NCBI RefSeq assembly: GCF_964204645.1
Contig: NC_134026.1
Span: 5,603,950 to 5,667,949, forward strand
Source of the DNA: Tubulanus polymorphus
Lineage: Eukaryota > Animalia > Nemertea
Length of the DNA: 64,000 nt
Direction of reading: 5' to 3'
Under the pieces are notes generated by a model. The model did not search any database. It was not told where the DNA came from and saw only the letters and a program-made list of their open reading frames with translations. Position numbers and translations under genes: made by a program. Shown in pieces: positions 63,309-64,000 of this stretch. Each line of letters starts with the position of its first letter. The stretch's first letter is position 1.

Positions 63309-63617
63309 TAAAACCAGTTGGGGGGGGGATTGTTGACTTTCAAAACGTAGCGTTGTTCAACAACCTATGGACAATCCTTTATTTCTATTATAAATACTAT
63401 GAACTGCCAACTTAAGCTTAAAATGGTCCAGTTTGAATTGTTGTCCTCATTGAAAAAATGAGGTAACCAATTGCAATCATACCAAAAATTTGAGTTTAAC
63501 CTTTCCGTGAAACTGGGCCCAGGTGGTGTGGCCTCTATTTTTGAGTAATAAATTGTAATCACTTGTCATTTTTTAAATTTGTATGTAGTGGATTTTAAAC
63601 TTACTATCTATTCTCTT

Positions 63618-63841
63618 TTATATAACATGGACAATGTTGCGAGTTTTATTCGGAAACAATTTCAAATCATTGGCGATTACATCCAACTTTTGTTCATTTG
63701 ATTTGTTTGTACTGTTCTTGCGGAATCGCGGAGCTTGACCTTTATACAAGTAACACTGAGTAATGAATACAACATTGAAACACATTCCTATCACAGCCAA
63801 ACCTAACTTCCCTGGATTACCGAACAATAAATTCCAGTCAT
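63618..63841 (-). CDS. CTNS: Last coding exon of a cystinosin-like PQ-loop transporter (TM7 + C-tail); rest of gene beyond window
   Basis: Acceptor catttttcag at 63842-63844. DWNLLFGNPGKLGLAVIGMCFNVVFITQCYLYK aligns with human [35 protein letters not shown]. Confidence 0.8.
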
Positions 63842-64000
63842 CTGAAAAATGTGAGGAAGAAAAACACGTGAAAATCGATTGAACTAAATTCTACGATGGA
63901 CTGAAAACAAACATACTAACCACTGTTATAGGCGTCTATTGTACATTGCAAAAGGCTAAGTACACTGCCGGAGAAATCGAGAAAAACTCCGCTAATAGCG

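Overview
Intron-rich, AT-rich animal (invertebrate, probably lophotrochozoan; taxon is inference only) genomic DNA with four protein-coding genes, reconstructed by hand from GT-AG junctions and reading-frame phase. (1) A GAS2-like CH+GAR actin-microtubule linker on the minus strand, running off the left edge. (2) A giant plus-strand gene of about 58 exons and about 3,500 aa at 21.8-43.5 kb, encoding a type I membrane protein: signal peptide, two SEA-like repeats, then two tandem copies of [Cys-helical repeats + VWDE-type Ig/VWD/helical/EGF module], a TM helix, a 15-Cys string and a roughly 800-aa Gly/Ser/Tyr-rich tail. (3) A 10-exon DEG/ENaC (ASIC-like) channel whose third exon lacks a canonical AG acceptor in this sequence. 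(4) The last coding exon of a divergent cystinosin-like transporter at the right edge. Introns and intergenic DNA hold a truncated LINE 3' end, many MITEs/foldbacks (some nested) and microsatellites. The best novelty candidate is the membrane-tethered, duplicated VWDE-like receptor. Exon boundaries are manual and have no transcript support.
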